A stretch of 64,000 nt of DNA from Halomonas sp. (GCA_030457605.1 JAKDUR010000006.1:9422-73421), one strand, 5' to 3'. Positions 20,226 through 31,976 are shown, counted from the first letter of the stretch. A program made the numbers and translations. The notes: generated by a model not told the origin, from the sequence alone.

Positions 20226-22238
20226 GTGTTTTCCCATGCTCGCTTGTCCCCTCGAATAATTGAACGCTCACGTGGCTGCCTTCTATGGCTGCTGGCCGTG
20301 ATGCTGCTGGCCATTCCGTTCAGCAACGCCCAGGCGCAGTGGTTCTCTGATGAGCAGAGTGACTTCCTCCCCGTCCGCGAGGCGTTTCAGCCCAGCGCCT
20401 GGCATGATGGCGACACGCTGTATATCGGCGTCAAGGCAGCCGAGGGGTACTACCTTTACCGCCACCAGTTTGCCGTCAAAAGCCAGACGCCGGACGTTAC
20501 CCTGGGCGCGCCGGACATACCGCCGGGCACCTTCACCACCGATGAATTTCTTGGTGATGTGTATACGTTCCGCGACCGCGTAGTATTCCGTGTCCCGCTG
20601 AACGCCCCCCACTCCGGCCCGTTTTCGCTGGAGCTGACGTTTCAGGGCTGCGCCGATGCGGGGCTATGCTATCCGCCCGAGCACATGACGCTTGAAGCCA
20701 GCGAGACCGAAGCTCCTGCTGCTTTTGCCAGCGCACAAAACGCGTCTGCCACGGCCGGCAATACCACGCCTGAAACGGCTTTCTCTGAACCAGACAGCGC
20801 TGAGCCGGACCGTTCTGGAGCGAGCCCCTCCAAAGCGGGCCATCCTGAACAAGACGGCACAGCGCAGAACACCACCAACAACGGCCCGGCTGGTAGCGAC
20901 TTCAGCGGCCCCCAGAGCGAAGACCACCGTTTTGCCAGCCTGCTGAGCGAGGCCAGCCTGCCGCTGGCGCTGGGGCTTTTCTTCATCGCCGGGCTGGGAT
21001 TGACGTTCACCCCCTGCGTGCTGCCGATGCTGCCGATCATGTCGTCGATTATCGTGGGCCAGAATCCCACGCGCCCCCGGGCCTTTGTGCTCTCGACGAG
21101 CTACGTGCTGGGCATGGCGCTGACCTACGCGCTGGTCGGCGTGCTGATGGGGCTTTTTGGCGCCGGGCTCAACCTGCAGGCGCACCTACAGTCAGCACCG
21201 GTGCTGATTACCTTTGCCGTGCTGTTCACGCTGTTCGCGCTGGCCATGTTCGGCGCCTTCGAGATGCGCCTCTCGCCGCGTATCTCAACAAAAGTGGACG
21301 CCTGGCAAAACCGCGCTCAACAAAGTGGCCCGCTGGGGCTGGCCGTGGCCGGTGCGCTGTCGGTGCTGGTGGTATCTCCCTGTGTAACGGCTCCGCTGGC
21401 CGGTGCCATGGTGTTCATTTCCTCCACCGGAGATGGCGTTATTGGCGGCTCGGTACTCTTCGCATTGGGGCTGGGCATGGGCGTGCCGCTGCTGCTGGTG
21501 GGCACCTTCGGCACCACGCTGCTGCCGCGTTCCGGCGCGTGGATGAACGGCGTCAAGATCGCTTTTGGCCTGCTGCTGTTGGGCGTGGCCATCTGGATGA
21601 TCGAGCGGCTGGTCGCCGCCCCGATCGCCATGATGCTGTGGGCAGCGCTTGCCGTCGGCGCTGCACTCACGCTTGGGGCGCTGCAGTTCAATCAGCCCCA
21701 GGGTTGGGGCCGGACGCGTCAGGCACTGGGTATTCTGCTGCTGACCTGGGGCATTGCGCTGTTGCTGGGTGCGGCCCAGGGTAACGGCAACCCGCTTCGC
21801 CCGCTGCAGAACATCCAGCACGCTGCCAACGGCAGCACGGCGACGCCCGCCACTCCCGAGTTCACTCGAGTCGATACGCTGGCAGGACTTGAAACCGAGC
21901 TTGAGCGCGCCAGCGCGCAGGGCAAACCGGCCTTTGTCGACTTTACCGCCGAATGGTGCATTTCCTGCAAAATAATGGAGCGCGAAGTATATCCGGACCC
22001 CCGGGTAGCTCAGGCACTGAACGATTATGCGCTGATTCAGGCCGACGTGACCGAGACCGACAACGACACCCGGGAATTGCTGCAGGCCTACGGCCTTTTC
22101 GGCCCCCCGAGCCTGCTGTTTTTTGCCCAGGGCGAGGAAATCAGCCAGGCTCGCATTCAGGGCGAGGTGGATGCTCAACAGTTCAGCGCGCACCTGGAAC
22201 GGTTGAAACAATGGCTGAATGGCGCCAGAACCGGTTAA
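20226..22238 (+). CDS. dsbD: Thiol:disulfide interchange protein DsbD
   Basis: QGCADAGLCYPP, FTPCVLPM, VSPCVTAPL, WCISCK; GTG start after AAGGA. Confidence 0.95.
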   Translation: MFSHARLSPRIIERSRGCLLWLLAVMLLAIPFSNAQAQWFSDEQSDFLPVREAFQPSAWHDGDTLYIGVKAAEGYYLYRHQFAVKSQTPDVTLGAPDIPPGTFTTDEFLGDVYTFRDRVVFRVPLNAPHSGPFSLELTFQGCADAGLCYPPEHMTLEASETEAPAAFASAQNASATAGNTTPETAFSEPDSAEPDRSGASPSKAGHPEQDGTAQNTTNNGPAGSDFSGPQSEDHRFASLLSEASLPLALGLFFIAGLGLTFTPCVLPMLPIMSSIIVGQNPTRPRAFVLSTSYVLGMALTYALVGVLMGLFGAGLNLQAHLQSAPVLITFAVLFTLFALAMFGAFEMRLSPRISTKVDAWQNRAQQSGPLGLAVAGALSVLVVSPCVTAPLAGAMVFISSTGDGVIGGSVLFALGLGMGVPLLLVGTFGTTLLPRSGAWMNGVKIAFGLLLLGVAIWMIERLVAAPIAMMLWAALAVGAALTLGALQFNQPQGWGRTRQALGILLLTWGIALLLGAAQGNGNPLRPLQNIQHAANGSTATPATPEFTRVDTLAGLETELERASAQGKPAFVDFTAEWCISCKIMEREVYPDPRVAQALNDYALIQADVTETDNDTRELLQAYGLFGPPSLLFFAQGEEISQARIQGEVDAQQFSAHLERLKQWLNGARTG

Positions 22239-22250
22239 TCTGCCTCGCTT

Positions 22251-22289
22251 GCCGACAAGGCCGCTGACTCACGGCCTTGTCGGCCTTTT
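22251..22289 (+). terminator. Intrinsic terminator after dsbD
   Basis: GCCGACAAGGCCG-loop-CGGCCTTGTCGGC followed by CTTTT. Confidence 0.75.
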
Positions 22290-22774
22290 GCCGGACTTGT
22301 GACGCCAACGTCGGCAAACGTTCGTTTACAGCGGACATACCAGGCCATACCCTCGCTTTTCTGGACATCGCGTTTTTTTTTCGGCAAACTTCGCCTCCAT
22401 GCCAGTCGCAATACACAGTACAGAGCAGTGATAAAGCTGTAACGTTCACTAACGTGCCGCGTTCTCTTTTGTTTTCATTCTGGTTTACTGCGCCCGTGAG
22501 CGACATGGCCACAGGCACGGAAAGAGGAGTTGTTCAGGCGTTGTGTAGCAGGAGCAGGCAAGGCACCACTTAGACGTGCTGCACCGTTTAAGCGCTGCTG
22601 CCGGTCACATTTTCCGGCATAAGGCCGCTACTTAAACGCTGCCGCTACGTTGACGCGCTCGGTGCGATGCTCGCATTTTTATATGTCCGGACAAGGATCC
22701 GGGCCATCAGGGCATCACTTTCAGCGTGTTTATTTCTGCTGTTTTTTCATTTTCATTGAGGATGGGTTTCGCTC

Positions 22775-23242
22775 ATGGATATTCGCAAAGTCAAAAAATT
22801 GATCGAGCTGTTGGAAGAATCCAACATCAGCGAGATCGAGATTCAGGAAGGTGAAGAATCGGTGCGCATCAGCCGCCATCCGAACGGCACCGCTTATGCG
22901 CCGCAACCGATGCCCCAGTATGCACCGCCCCAGCAACAGGCACCCGATCCCGCTGCGCCCGGCCATACAAACCCCGCGCAGGAAGTTCCGGCAGCGCCTG
23001 CTTACCGCGGCGAAGCGGTTAACTCCCCCATGGTCGGCACCTTTTACCGCAGCCCGGCGCCGGGCGCCAAACCGTTTGCCGAGGTCGGCGATACGGTGAA
23101 GAAAGGCGACACCGTGTGCATCGTTGAGGCCATGAAGATGATGAACCAGATCGAAGCCGACCGCGACGGCGTGGTGGAAGCCATTCTGGTGGAAGACGGT
23201 GAGCCGGTGGAATTCGATCAGCCAATGATCGCCATCGCCTGA
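22775..23242 (+). CDS. accB: Acetyl-CoA carboxylase biotin carboxyl carrier protein
   Basis: [27 protein letters not shown] biotinylation motif. Confidence 0.97.
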   Translation: MDIRKVKKLIELLEESNISEIEIQEGEESVRISRHPNGTAYAPQPMPQYAPPQQQAPDPAAPGHTNPAQEVPAAPAYRGEAVNSPMVGTFYRSPAPGAKPFAEVGDTVKKGDTVCIVEAMKMMNQIEADRDGVVEAILVEDGEPVEFDQPMIAIA

Positions 23243-23273
23243 TCTTTCATTTTTGACACGGGTGGACTCTCCC

Positions 23274-24614
23274 ATGCTGGACAAGGTTCTGATCGCCAAT
23301 CGCGGCGAAATTGCCCTGCGCATTTTGCGCGCATGCAAAGAGCTGGGCATCAAGACGGTCGCGGTACACTCCAAGGCCGACCGCGAGCTGATGCACGTGC
23401 GCCTCGCCGACGAAGCCGTGTGCATTGGCCCGGCGTCATCGGCACAATCGTATCTGCATATTCCTGCGCTGATCAGCGCAGCCGAAGTCACCGATGCAAG
23501 CGCTATTCATCCCGGCTACGGCTTTCTTTCGGAAAACGCCGATTTTGCCGAACAGGTGGAACGCTCTGGCTTCAAATTTATCGGCCCCCGTGCTGATACC
23601 ATCCGCCTGATGGGCGACAAGGTCAGCGCCATCAGGGCCATGAAGGAAGCCGGCGTACCTACCGTCCCCGGCTCCAACGGACCGCTGGGCGATGACGGCG
23701 AAGCCAACCTGGCCACAGCCCGGCGTATCGGCTATCCGGTGATCATCAAGGCCGCATCAGGCGGCGGCGGGCGCGGCATGCGCGTGGTGCACAGCGAAGG
23801 CTCGCTGCTTTCGGCCATCAGCATTACCCGCACCGAAGCCAGCGCGGCATTTGGCGACGGCACGGTATACATGGAAAAATTCTTGGAAAAGCCGCGCCAC
23901 GTCGAAGTTCAGGTGCTGGCCGACGGCCAGGGCAACGCCATTCACCTGTTTGACCGTGACTGCTCGTTGCAGCGCCGCCACCAGAAAGTGCTTGAAGAAG
24001 CCCCCGCACCAGGCATTGACCCTGACGCGCGCGAAAAAGTGCTCAACGCCTGCCGCGACGCCTGCATCGATATCAACTACCGCGGTGCCGGTACGTTTGA
24101 GTTTCTGTACGAAAACGGCGAGTTCTTCTTTATCGAGATGAATACCCGCGTACAGGTCGAGCATCCGGTCACGGAAATGGTCACCGGCGTGGATATCGTC
24201 AAGGAACAGCTGCGCATTGCGGCGGGTATGCCCCTTTCGATTACCCAGGATGATGTCAAACTCAGCGGCCACGCCTTCGAGTGTCGTATCAACGCCGAAG
24301 ACGCACGCACCTTCATGCCCTCACCGGGCAAGGTCACGCTGTTTCACGCGCCCGGTGGCCTCGGCGTACGCATGGATTCGCATCTCTACACCGGCTACAG
24401 CGTACCGCCCCACTACGACTCGCTGATCGGCAAGCTGATCACCTGGGGCGAAGACCGAGAAATTGCCCTGACGCGCATGCGCAACGCGCTGGACGAGCTT
24501 TTGGTGGAAGGCATCAAGACCAATATTGATCTGCAAAAGGATCTGGTTCGCGATAGCTACTTCCGCCAGGGCGGCGTCACTATCCATTATCTGGAAAAAA
24601 AGCTGGAATCCTGA
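23274..24614 (+). CDS. accC: Biotin carboxylase
   Basis: [42 protein letters not shown]. Confidence 0.98.
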   Translation: MLDKVLIANRGEIALRILRACKELGIKTVAVHSKADRELMHVRLADEAVCIGPASSAQSYLHIPALISAAEVTDASAIHPGYGFLSENADFAEQVERSGFKFIGPRADTIRLMGDKVSAIRAMKEAGVPTVPGSNGPLGDDGEANLATARRIGYPVIIKAASGGGGRGMRVVHSEGSLLSAISITRTEASAAFGDGTVYMEKFLEKPRHVEVQVLADGQGNAIHLFDRDCSLQRRHQKVLEEAPAPGIDPDAREKVLNACRDACIDINYRGAGTFEFLYENGEFFFIEMNTRVQVEHPVTEMVTGVDIVKEQLRIAAGMPLSITQDDVKLSGHAFECRINAEDARTFMPSPGKVTLFHAPGGLGVRMDSHLYTGYSVPPHYDSLIGKLITWGEDREIALTRMRNALDELLVEGIKTNIDLQKDLVRDSYFRQGGVTIHYLEKKLES

Positions 24615-24708
24615 ATCCCGGCGGCGCTTTTGGCGCCCGTCACAGGATCTCAATGCGGGGTGGCCATCATATGCCACCCCGCCTTCTTTTCTCGCGCGGA
24701 GCCCCACC

Positions 24709-25635
24709 ATGCCCTGGCTACAGCTTAAAGCCCACGTTGCCCCCGAGCAGGCCGAACAGCTCGAAGAACTGCTGCTCGATGAAGACGCCACTGCGATTGG
24801 CCTACAGGACGCCGAAGATGACCCCGTGTTCGAACCCGAACGCGGCACCACGCCTCTGTGGCAGGATACCGTGCTGACCGGCCTCTACGATGACCTGGAA
24901 GGCGTGGAAGCCATGCTGGAGCGGATTCATGCGGCCTGGGCCGAGCAGTTCCCCGGCGAGCCCTGCCCCGAGGTCGAATACGAACTCCTGGCCGATCGTG
25001 ACTGGGAGCGCGAATGGATGGACGGCTTTGAGCCACTGCAAATGGGCGAGCGGCTATGGATCGTTCCCAGCTGGCATGAGCCACCCGCCCCCGAGGCGGT
25101 CAACCTGATACTCGATCCGGGCCTTGCCTTCGGCACCGGCACTCACCCCACCACCGCGCTGTGTCTTGCCTGGCTTGATGCACTGGCGGTAAATGGCGAG
25201 CTGGCCGACACCACCGTGCTCGACGTAGGCTGTGGCTCGGGCATTCTGGCCATCGCCGCCCTAAAACTCGGCGCGAGCAACGCCGTCGGCACCGACATCG
25301 ACCCCCAGGCACTACAGGCCAGCCGTGACAACGCCGAGCGTAATGCCGTGGCAGAAGCCGATCTGGCACTGTTCTACCCTGAACAGCTCGCCGCCCGGCT
25401 GCCCGACCAGCGCTATCCGGTGGTCACCGCCAACATTCTGGCCGGCCCACTGGTCGAACTGGCGACCACCATTGCCGGCCACGTGGCGCCGGGCGGGCGC
25501 ATTGCGCTATCGGGCATCCTTGCCAATCAGGCCAACGAAGTCCTCGACGCCTACCTTGCCTGCGGCCTGGTCATGGACGAGCCGGAAATTCGCGAAGGCT
25601 GGGTACGCCTGACCGGCATGCGTCCGGCCGCCTGA
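24709..25635 (+). CDS. prmA: Ribosomal protein L11 methyltransferase
   Basis: LDPGLAFGTGTHPTT, LDVGCGSGILAI, ANILA. Confidence 0.96.
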   Translation: MPWLQLKAHVAPEQAEQLEELLLDEDATAIGLQDAEDDPVFEPERGTTPLWQDTVLTGLYDDLEGVEAMLERIHAAWAEQFPGEPCPEVEYELLADRDWEREWMDGFEPLQMGERLWIVPSWHEPPAPEAVNLILDPGLAFGTGTHPTTALCLAWLDALAVNGELADTTVLDVGCGSGILAIAALKLGASNAVGTDIDPQALQASRDNAERNAVAEADLALFYPEQLAARLPDQRYPVVTANILAGPLVELATTIAGHVAPGGRIALSGILANQANEVLDAYLACGLVMDEPEIREGWVRLTGMRPAA

Positions 25636-25804
25636 CGGCGGCGCATCCGGGACAATACCGGCCGCGCCGACACGGCATTACGCCTTCACCCGGCGCGGCG
25701 CTCAGCGTATGATAGCTCTCCCTTGCACGCGCGGGCTGAATGCCCGTTGAATTCGCGCCCTGTTTACGCTCGCAATCTGACGTTCGCCACCCGTGACTCA
25801 CGCT

Positions 25805-26842
25805 ATGACACCAGCTACGCCCGCCGTTTCCATTGGCCCCTATACGCTGCCCAATCGCGTCATACTCGCGCCCATGGCCGGCGTGACCGACCGCCCTTTT
25901 CGCCAGCTGTGCCGGCGGCTGGGCGCTGGCTGGGTGGTGGGCGAAATGGTCACCTCAGACCCGTCGCTTTGGCACACGCGCAAATCCCGCCAGCGCATGG
26001 ACCATACCGGCGAGCCCGCGCCCCGGGTGGTGCAGATCGCCGGTGGCGACGCCGAGATGCTTGCCGAGGCCGCGCGGCTCAACGCGGAACTCGGGGCCGA
26101 AGTCATTGATATCAACATGGGCTGCCCGGCGAAAAAGGTCTGCAACAAGGCCGCCGGCTCGGCGCTGATGCGTGACGAACGGCTGGTCGATGAGATTCTC
26201 AACGCCGTTGTCGCCGCCGTTGACGTACCGGTCACGCTCAAGATACGCACCGGCTGGTGTGCCGACAGCAACAACGCCGTTCGCATCGCCGAGCTTGCCG
26301 AAGACGCCGGCATCCAGGCGCTGGCCGTGCACGGCCGCCATCGCCAGCAGCGCTACGCCGGCGAAGCCGAATACGACACCATTGCCGAGGTGAAATCCCG
26401 GGTATCGCTGCCGGTATTTGCCAACGGCGATATTGAAAGCCCCGAAAAAGCCGCCCACGTTCTGGCCTATACTCAGGCGGACGCGCTGATGATCGGCCGT
26501 GGCGCCCAGGGCAATCCGTGGATTTTTGACCAGATCAGCCATTATCTGGATCACGGCACCCGCATGGCCCCACCGACCCTTGCCGAACGTCACCAGGTAT
26601 TGGACGAACACCTGGCCGCACTACACGCGTTTTACGGCGAAGTCATGGGTGTACGCATCGCGCGCAAGCACGTGGGCTGGTATCTCGCCGGCGACACACG
26701 TTTTGACGCCGTTCAACGGCGCACCCTGAAGCAACAGTTCAACGCGCTGGACTCCCCGGCGGCGCAGTTTGACTGGATGAACAATGCCATGCTGCCGGAC
26801 GCCCTCCAACGCCTGTCAGCCAAAGGAAGCCACGCCGCATGA
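25805..26842 (+). CDS. dusB: tRNA dihydrouridine synthase B
   Basis: [34 protein letters not shown]; lies upstream of fis. Confidence 0.95.
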   Translation: MTPATPAVSIGPYTLPNRVILAPMAGVTDRPFRQLCRRLGAGWVVGEMVTSDPSLWHTRKSRQRMDHTGEPAPRVVQIAGGDAEMLAEAARLNAELGAEVIDINMGCPAKKVCNKAAGSALMRDERLVDEILNAVVAAVDVPVTLKIRTGWCADSNNAVRIAELAEDAGIQALAVHGRHRQQRYAGEAEYDTIAEVKSRVSLPVFANGDIESPEKAAHVLAYTQADALMIGRGAQGNPWIFDQISHYLDHGTRMAPPTLAERHQVLDEHLAALHAFYGEVMGVRIARKHVGWYLAGDTRFDAVQRRTLKQQFNALDSPAAQFDWMNNAMLPDALQRLSAKGSHAA

Positions 26843-27171
26843 CTGATCGCGAACTGATGCCACACAATGCTCACGAAAGCCACGGCCTGGCACACCCCCT
26901 GCCCCGTGCGGCCATGCCGGACACGCCCCCCCAGCCACTGCGAGAGGCCGTGGAGGCCTCGATGCGGCGCTACTTTGAACACCTTGACGGCGGCGAAACC
27001 AGTGACCTCTACGCCATGGTCATGGCCGAGGTAGAAACCCCGCTGCTGGCCGCGGTGATGGAATATACCGACGGCAACCAGACCCGCGCCGCCCGGGTGC
27101 TGGGGCTGAACCGCGGCACCTTGCGCAAAAAACTGAAGTTTTATGGATTGATCGATAACGACGCGCCCTGA
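26839..27171 (+). CDS. fis: DNA-binding protein Fis
   Basis: [22 protein letters not shown]; ATGA overlap with dusB. Confidence 0.95.
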   Translation: MTDRELMPHNAHESHGLAHPLPRAAMPDTPPQPLREAVEASMRRYFEHLDGGETSDLYAMVMAEVETPLLAAVMEYTDGNQTRAARVLGLNRGTLRKKLKFYGLIDNDAP

Positions 27172-27219
27172 GGGGCGCTCGCTGTTTTACCCCTGGACTC
27201 ACTGCAGACGAGCATATTG

Positions 27220-28800
27220 ATGGCTAATACCGCGACTCCCGTTCGCCGCGCTTTGCTAAGCGTTTCCGATAAATCCGGCATTGTTGACTTTGCCCGCGGC
27301 CTGAGCGCCCACGGCGTTGAGCTGTTGTCCACCGGCGGCACCTTTCGGCTGCTGCAGGACAATCAGGTACCGGTCAAGGAAGTCTCCGAGCATACCGGTT
27401 TCCCGGAAATCATGGACGGCCGGGTCAAGACCCTGCATCCCAAGATCCACGGCGGTATTCTGGCCCGCCGCGGGCAGGATGATGCGGTCATGGCGGAAAA
27501 CGACATCACGCCGATCGATATGGTCGTGGTTAATCTCTACCCCTTCGCCGACACCGTGGCCAAACCCGACTGCAGCCTGACTGACGCCATCGAGAACATC
27601 GATATCGGCGGCCCCACCATGGTGCGTGCCTGCGCCAAGAACCACGCCCACACCACCATCGTGGTCAACGCCTCTGACTATGACCGGGTACTCCAGGAGC
27701 TTGACGCACAGCAGGGCGAAGTCAGCGAGGCCACACGCTTTGATCTGGCAGTCAAGGCCTTTGAGCATACCGCCGGCTACGACGGCGCCATCGCCGACTA
27801 TCTGGGCCGCCAGCTCAATGCCGAAGACGCCCGTTTTCCGCGCACCTTCAACCTGCAGCTGGCCAAAAAGCAGGACATGCGTTACGGCGAAAACCCGCAC
27901 CAGAACGCCGCCTTTTACGTGGATCCTGATGCCGACGAGTCGGGCGTGGCCACCGCGCAGACGCGTCAGGGCAAGCCGCTGTCGTTCAACAACATCGCCG
28001 ATACCGACGCGGCCTTTGAATGCGTCAAGGCATTTGACGAAACCGCCTGTGTAATCGTCAAACACGCCAACCCTTGCGGCGTGGCCGTCGGCAAAAGCGC
28101 CGCAGATGCCTACGACCTGGCCTTCAAGACCGACCCGACCAGCGCCTTTGGCGGCATTATCGCCTTCAACGTCGCGCTGGACGCCGACACCGCTCGCATG
28201 ATCATCGACCGCCAGTTTGTCGAGGTCATCATCGCCCCCGGAATCGACGCCGCTGCCGCCGCCATTGTCGCGGAAAAGCCCAACGTGCGCCTGCTCGACG
28301 CCAGCGCCGGCTGGCCAATCGACGTCGTCGCCCCCGCGCTGGACTACAAGCGCGTCAACGGCGGGCTTTTGGTGCAGGAACGCGACCACGGCATGGTCAA
28401 CCAGAGCGAGCTGAAGGTGGTCAGCGAGCGCGCGCCATCAGCGCAGGAACTTGAAGACCTGACCTTTGCCTGGCGAGTAGCCAAGTTCGTCAAGTCCAAC
28501 GCTATCGTCTACGCCAAAAACGGCCAGACCATTGGCGTGGGCGCCGGGCAGATGAGCCGCGTGTATTCAGCGAAAATAGCCGGCATCAAGGCCGCTGATG
28601 AAAATCTCGAGGTGCCGGGCTCGGTTATGGCATCAGACGCTTTCTTTCCTTTCCGTGACGGCATCGACGCCGCTGCGGCAGCGGGTATTACCGCGGTGAT
28701 TCAGCCGGGCGGCTCCATGCGCGACCAGGAAGTTATTGATGCGGCCAACGAAGCCGGCATTGCCATGGTCTTTACCGGCATGCGTCACTTCCGTCACTAA
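27220..28800 (+). CDS. purH: Bifunctional AICAR transformylase/IMP cyclohydrolase
   Basis: [50 protein letters not shown]. Confidence 0.98.
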   Translation: MANTATPVRRALLSVSDKSGIVDFARGLSAHGVELLSTGGTFRLLQDNQVPVKEVSEHTGFPEIMDGRVKTLHPKIHGGILARRGQDDAVMAENDITPIDMVVVNLYPFADTVAKPDCSLTDAIENIDIGGPTMVRACAKNHAHTTIVVNASDYDRVLQELDAQQGEVSEATRFDLAVKAFEHTAGYDGAIADYLGRQLNAEDARFPRTFNLQLAKKQDMRYGENPHQNAAFYVDPDADESGVATAQTRQGKPLSFNNIADTDAAFECVKAFDETACVIVKHANPCGVAVGKSAADAYDLAFKTDPTSAFGGIIAFNVALDADTARMIIDRQFVEVIIAPGIDAAAAAIVAEKPNVRLLDASAGWPIDVVAPALDYKRVNGGLLVQERDHGMVNQSELKVVSERAPSAQELEDLTFAWRVAKFVKSNAIVYAKNGQTIGVGAGQMSRVYSAKIAGIKAADENLEVPGSVMASDAFFPFRDGIDAAAAAGITAVIQPGGSMRDQEVIDAANEAGIAMVFTGMRHFRH

Positions 28801-28847
28801 TCCTGGCGGTCGCCACTAACGGTCGTCGCTAACGGATGCACCGCTTA

Positions 28848-28887
28848 AGCACAAAAAACCAGCGGCCAGCCGCTGGTTTTTTGTGCT
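28848..28887. terminator. Bidirectional intrinsic terminator between purH and gabD
   Basis: AGCACAAAAAACCAGCGG...CCGCTGGTTTTTTGTGCT. Confidence 0.85.
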
Positions 28888-28940
28888 ACATCGTCAACGA
28901 CGGTTTCGTTTGAAAAGTCGACGAGCGATTCGGACGAAAC

Positions 28941-30398
28941 CTAGCTGATATCCATGCACAGATACTTGGTTTCCAGGTATTCATCCAGCCCCTGGTGGCC
29001 GCCTTCGCGCCCCAGCCCCGAGGCTTTCACGCCACCAAACGGCGCCGCCGCGTTGGAGATCGCACCGGTATTGATACCCACCATGCCGTACTCCAGCGCA
29101 TCGGCCACGCGCCATACCCGCGCCAGATCCTGCGAATAAAAGTACGACGCCAGCCCGTAGCGAGTGTCATTAGCCATTTCGATGGCGCTTTCTTCGTCGT
29201 CAAACGGGAATACCGCGGCAAGCGGGCCAAAGGTTTCTTCCTGGGCCACCAACATATCCGGGGTCGCACCGTTGATCAGCGTCGGCGAGAAGAAATTGCC
29301 GCCCAGCGGATGCGGATGACCACCCAGCATTAGTTCAGCGCCTTTATCAACCGCATCCTTGACGTGCTCGGTGACTTTCCTGACCCCGTCTTCGTCAATC
29401 AGTGGGCCGATATTGATATTGGCCTTTTCGCCATCACCCACGTTGAGTTCGCTATGCATGGCCACGGCAAGCTTTTCACAGAAGGCGTTGACCACGCTTG
29501 ACTGCACCAGAAAACGGTTGGTGCAGATGCAGGTTTGCCCGGCGTTACGAAACTTGGCCGCCATCGCGCCTTCCACGGCGGCGTCCAGGTCAGCATCTTC
29601 GAACACGATAAAAGGCGCATTGCCGCCCAGTTCCAGCGAGATTTTCTGCACGTTCTCGGCAGCCTGAGCCATCAGCTGGCTGCCCACCTCGGTAGAACCG
29701 GTAAAGGTAATCTTGCGCACCTTCGGCGACTCCGTGAGCGCTTTGGCAATATCCTTGGCGCTGCCGGGAACCACGTTGAACACGCCCCGCGGAATACCCG
29801 CGCGCTCGGCCAGCATGGCCAGCGCCGTGGCTGAAAACGGCGTCTGGCTGGCAGGCTTGACCACAATGGTGCAGCCTGCCGCCAGCGCCGCGCCGGCTTT
29901 GCGCGTGATCATTGCGGCGGGGAAATTCCACGGCGTGATCGCGCCCACCACGCCCACCGGCTGTTTGGTGATGACGATACGCTGGTTGGCTTTGGCGGCA
30001 GGAATGGTTTCCCCGTAAGCGCGACGCCCTTCTTCGGCAAACCAGCGCAAAAAGCTCGCTGCGTAGGCAATCTCGCCCTCGGCTTCCTTGAGTGGCTTGC
30101 CCTGCTCGTGGGTCATCAGCATGGCCAGATCCTGCTGATGCTCAAGCATCAGTTCGTACCATTTGAGCAACAAGTCGCCACGCTGCTCCGCCGTCATGGC
30201 ACGCCAGGCCGGTTGAGCTGCATCGGCAGCATCAATCGCACGCAGGGTCTCGGCTTCACCAAGACGTGGCACGTTACCGACCACTTCGTTGGTGGCAGGG
30301 TTATAGACGCTGATTTGTTCACCGCTGTCAGCGGCGACCCAGCTGCCGTCGATATACGCAAACGGACAGTACAGCTGAGTTTCTTTTAGCGATTCCAT
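28941..30398 (-). CDS. gabD: NAD(P)-dependent succinate-semialdehyde dehydrogenase
   Basis: ITPWNFP, FTGSTEVG, LELGGNAP, FRNAGQTC, EETFGP, PFGGVKASGLGREG. Confidence 0.9.
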   Translation of the reverse strand: MESLKETQLYCPFAYIDGSWVAADSGEQISVYNPATNEVVGNVPRLGEAETLRAIDAADAAQPAWRAMTAEQRGDLLLKWYELMLEHQQDLAMLMTHEQGKPLKEAEGEIAYAASFLRWFAEEGRRAYGETIPAAKANQRIVITKQPVGVVGAITPWNFPAAMITRKAGAALAAGCTIVVKPASQTPFSATALAMLAERAGIPRGVFNVVPGSAKDIAKALTESPKVRKITFTGSTEVGSQLMAQAAENVQKISLELGGNAPFIVFEDADLDAAVEGAMAAKFRNAGQTCICTNRFLVQSSVVNAFCEKLAVAMHSELNVGDGEKANINIGPLIDEDGVRKVTEHVKDAVDKGAELMLGGHPHPLGGNFFSPTLINGATPDMLVAQEETFGPLAAVFPFDDEESAIEMANDTRYGLASYFYSQDLARVWRVADALEYGMVGINTGAISNAAAPFGGVKASGLGREGGHQGLDEYLETKYLCMDIS

Positions 30399-30563
30399 GA
30401 CGGACTCCAAACCAGATGGTGGCATTGAGGCATAAATAACCGTTGCCTTCATGCTAAGACGAAATACCGCGCCGAACCAAGGACGACAGCACAATTAACC
30501 CCCGGCAGCGCAGTTATTCACCACGCCAGGTACAAAGGTAAAACAAGGATAAAGGAGCGGCCG

Positions 30564-31115
30564 TCAGCTGATAAGCGTCAAAAACTCCTGGCGCGTGGGC
30601 TGGTTGTTACGGAACGCGCCGAGCATGACCGACGACGACATGCTGGAGTTCTGTTTTTCCACCCCGCGCATCATCATGCACAGGTGCTGCGCCTCGATCA
30701 CCACCGCTACTCCACGGGCATCGGTCACTTCCTGAACGGCCTCGGCAATCTGCAGCGTCAGGTTTTCCTGGATCTGCAGGCGGCGAGCGAACATGTCGGT
30801 AATCCGGGCAAACTTGGATAGCCCCAGCACCTTGCCCCGGGGCAGGTATGCCACGTGGCACTTGCCGATAAAGGGCAGCAGATGGTGCTCGCAGATGGAG
30901 TACAGCTCGATATCCTTGACCAGCACCATTTCGTCGGTTTGTGATTCAAACACGGCACCGTTGACGATATCTTCCAGCTTCTGGTGGTACCCGGCGGTCA
31001 AAAACTGCATGGCCTTGGCCGCGCGTTTGGGCGTGTCCTGCAACCCTTCGCGGTCAGGATCTTCGCCCAGATGCTGCATGATCTGGCGGTAGTGCTGAGC
31101 AATGTCATCGGTCAT
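30564..31115 (-). CDS. folE: GTP cyclohydrolase I
   Basis: [40 protein letters not shown]. Confidence 0.97.
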   Translation of the reverse strand: MTDDIAQHYRQIMQHLGEDPDREGLQDTPKRAAKAMQFLTAGYHQKLEDIVNGAVFESQTDEMVLVKDIELYSICEHHLLPFIGKCHVAYLPRGKVLGLSKFARITDMFARRLQIQENLTLQIAEAVQEVTDARGVAVVIEAQHLCMMMRGVEKQNSSMSSSVMLGAFRNNQPTRQEFLTLIS

Positions 31116-31369
31116 GTGAAGCCTCGTTGGTCCTTGTATTCATCAACGCTTGAAAAACCCGCCCGGAACCCCGGTACTGCCGGGTTGGCGAGACGCAAAA
31201 ACATGCGGTAGCCCGCCTGGCACTCCATTTCCTTTCCGCCACCGTGAGCCGGAACAACCCGGCCGGCTGCGGCAGAGTGCCGCGACGCGCCATCGGCAAA
31301 ATCTCATAATGTGATATAATAGAGGGATTACTTTAGCCTTTCAGCAGTCACCAACCGCGAGAGACCGCT

Positions 31370-31966
31370 ATGCCTTTCAGCAAGTCAGCTTTTTTCACCT
31401 CGTCCCTGCTCTCGGCCCGCTCAGGGTTGGGTATCGCGCTGGCGGCATTGCTCGCCGCCCCGTTGTCAGCATCCGCCGCCACACTGTCTTTGCCAGGCGA
31501 TGCCACCGTCGGCGTTGAGCTGGTCGATGCCCTCAGCTTTGCCGATGGCGAAAATCGCCGGGAGGGCATTTTATTAAGGCCGGCTGATATTAGCCAGGCC
31601 TCACACACCCTGCCCGAATACTGCGTGATTGTGGGTGATGCCCAGCGCGACGATGATCGCGTGCGCATCACTACCCACGACGTTACCTGCATCGAAACCG
31701 ACGACGCTGACAGCTCGATCTTTTCCGGCGAGCTGGACGCTTCCGTATACGGCGAGGACGGCCAGTACGGCCTGAGCTGCAACGGCAATGCCTGCGAGCT
31801 GGCCTCGGGGCATGCCTTTACGCTTACGCTCAGCGAGCCGCTCGACATCACCGAGCAGGATAATCCCTCGGCCCGGATCAACGAAAAGCGCCGCCAGGCA
31901 AACGGCGAAGGCGTTGCCAACCCCATTCCTTCCGAACGCCCCGACCCTGAAGCGGGCAACGAATAA
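31370..31966 (+). CDS. Exported hypothetical protein with a TraB/TrbI(VirB10)-like segment
   Basis: Signal peptide ending in ASA-A; acidic mature region with four Cys; extended -10-like GTGATATAAT upstream. The family resemblance was judged by eye. Confidence 0.75.
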   Translation: MPFSKSAFFTSSLLSARSGLGIALAALLAAPLSASAATLSLPGDATVGVELVDALSFADGENRREGILLRPADISQASHTLPEYCVIVGDAQRDDDRVRITTHDVTCIETDDADSSIFSGELDASVYGEDGQYGLSCNGNACELASGHAFTLTLSEPLDITEQDNPSARINEKRRQANGEGVANPIPSERPDPEAGNE

Positions 31967-31976
31967 GCCGATACAT

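Noticed and set aside
27172-27219. Possible ZMP/ZTP riboswitch before purH
   Set aside because: The intergenic region is only 48 bp and has no aptamer motifs.
28801-28940. purD absent after purH
   Set aside because: A clean terminator follows and no remnant is visible; purD is probably elsewhere, so this is not informative from this window.
31170-31230. GCCCGCCTGGCA resembling the ZTP riboswitch 3' element near folE
   Set aside because: It is on the strand opposite folE and the 5' aptamer consensus is missing.
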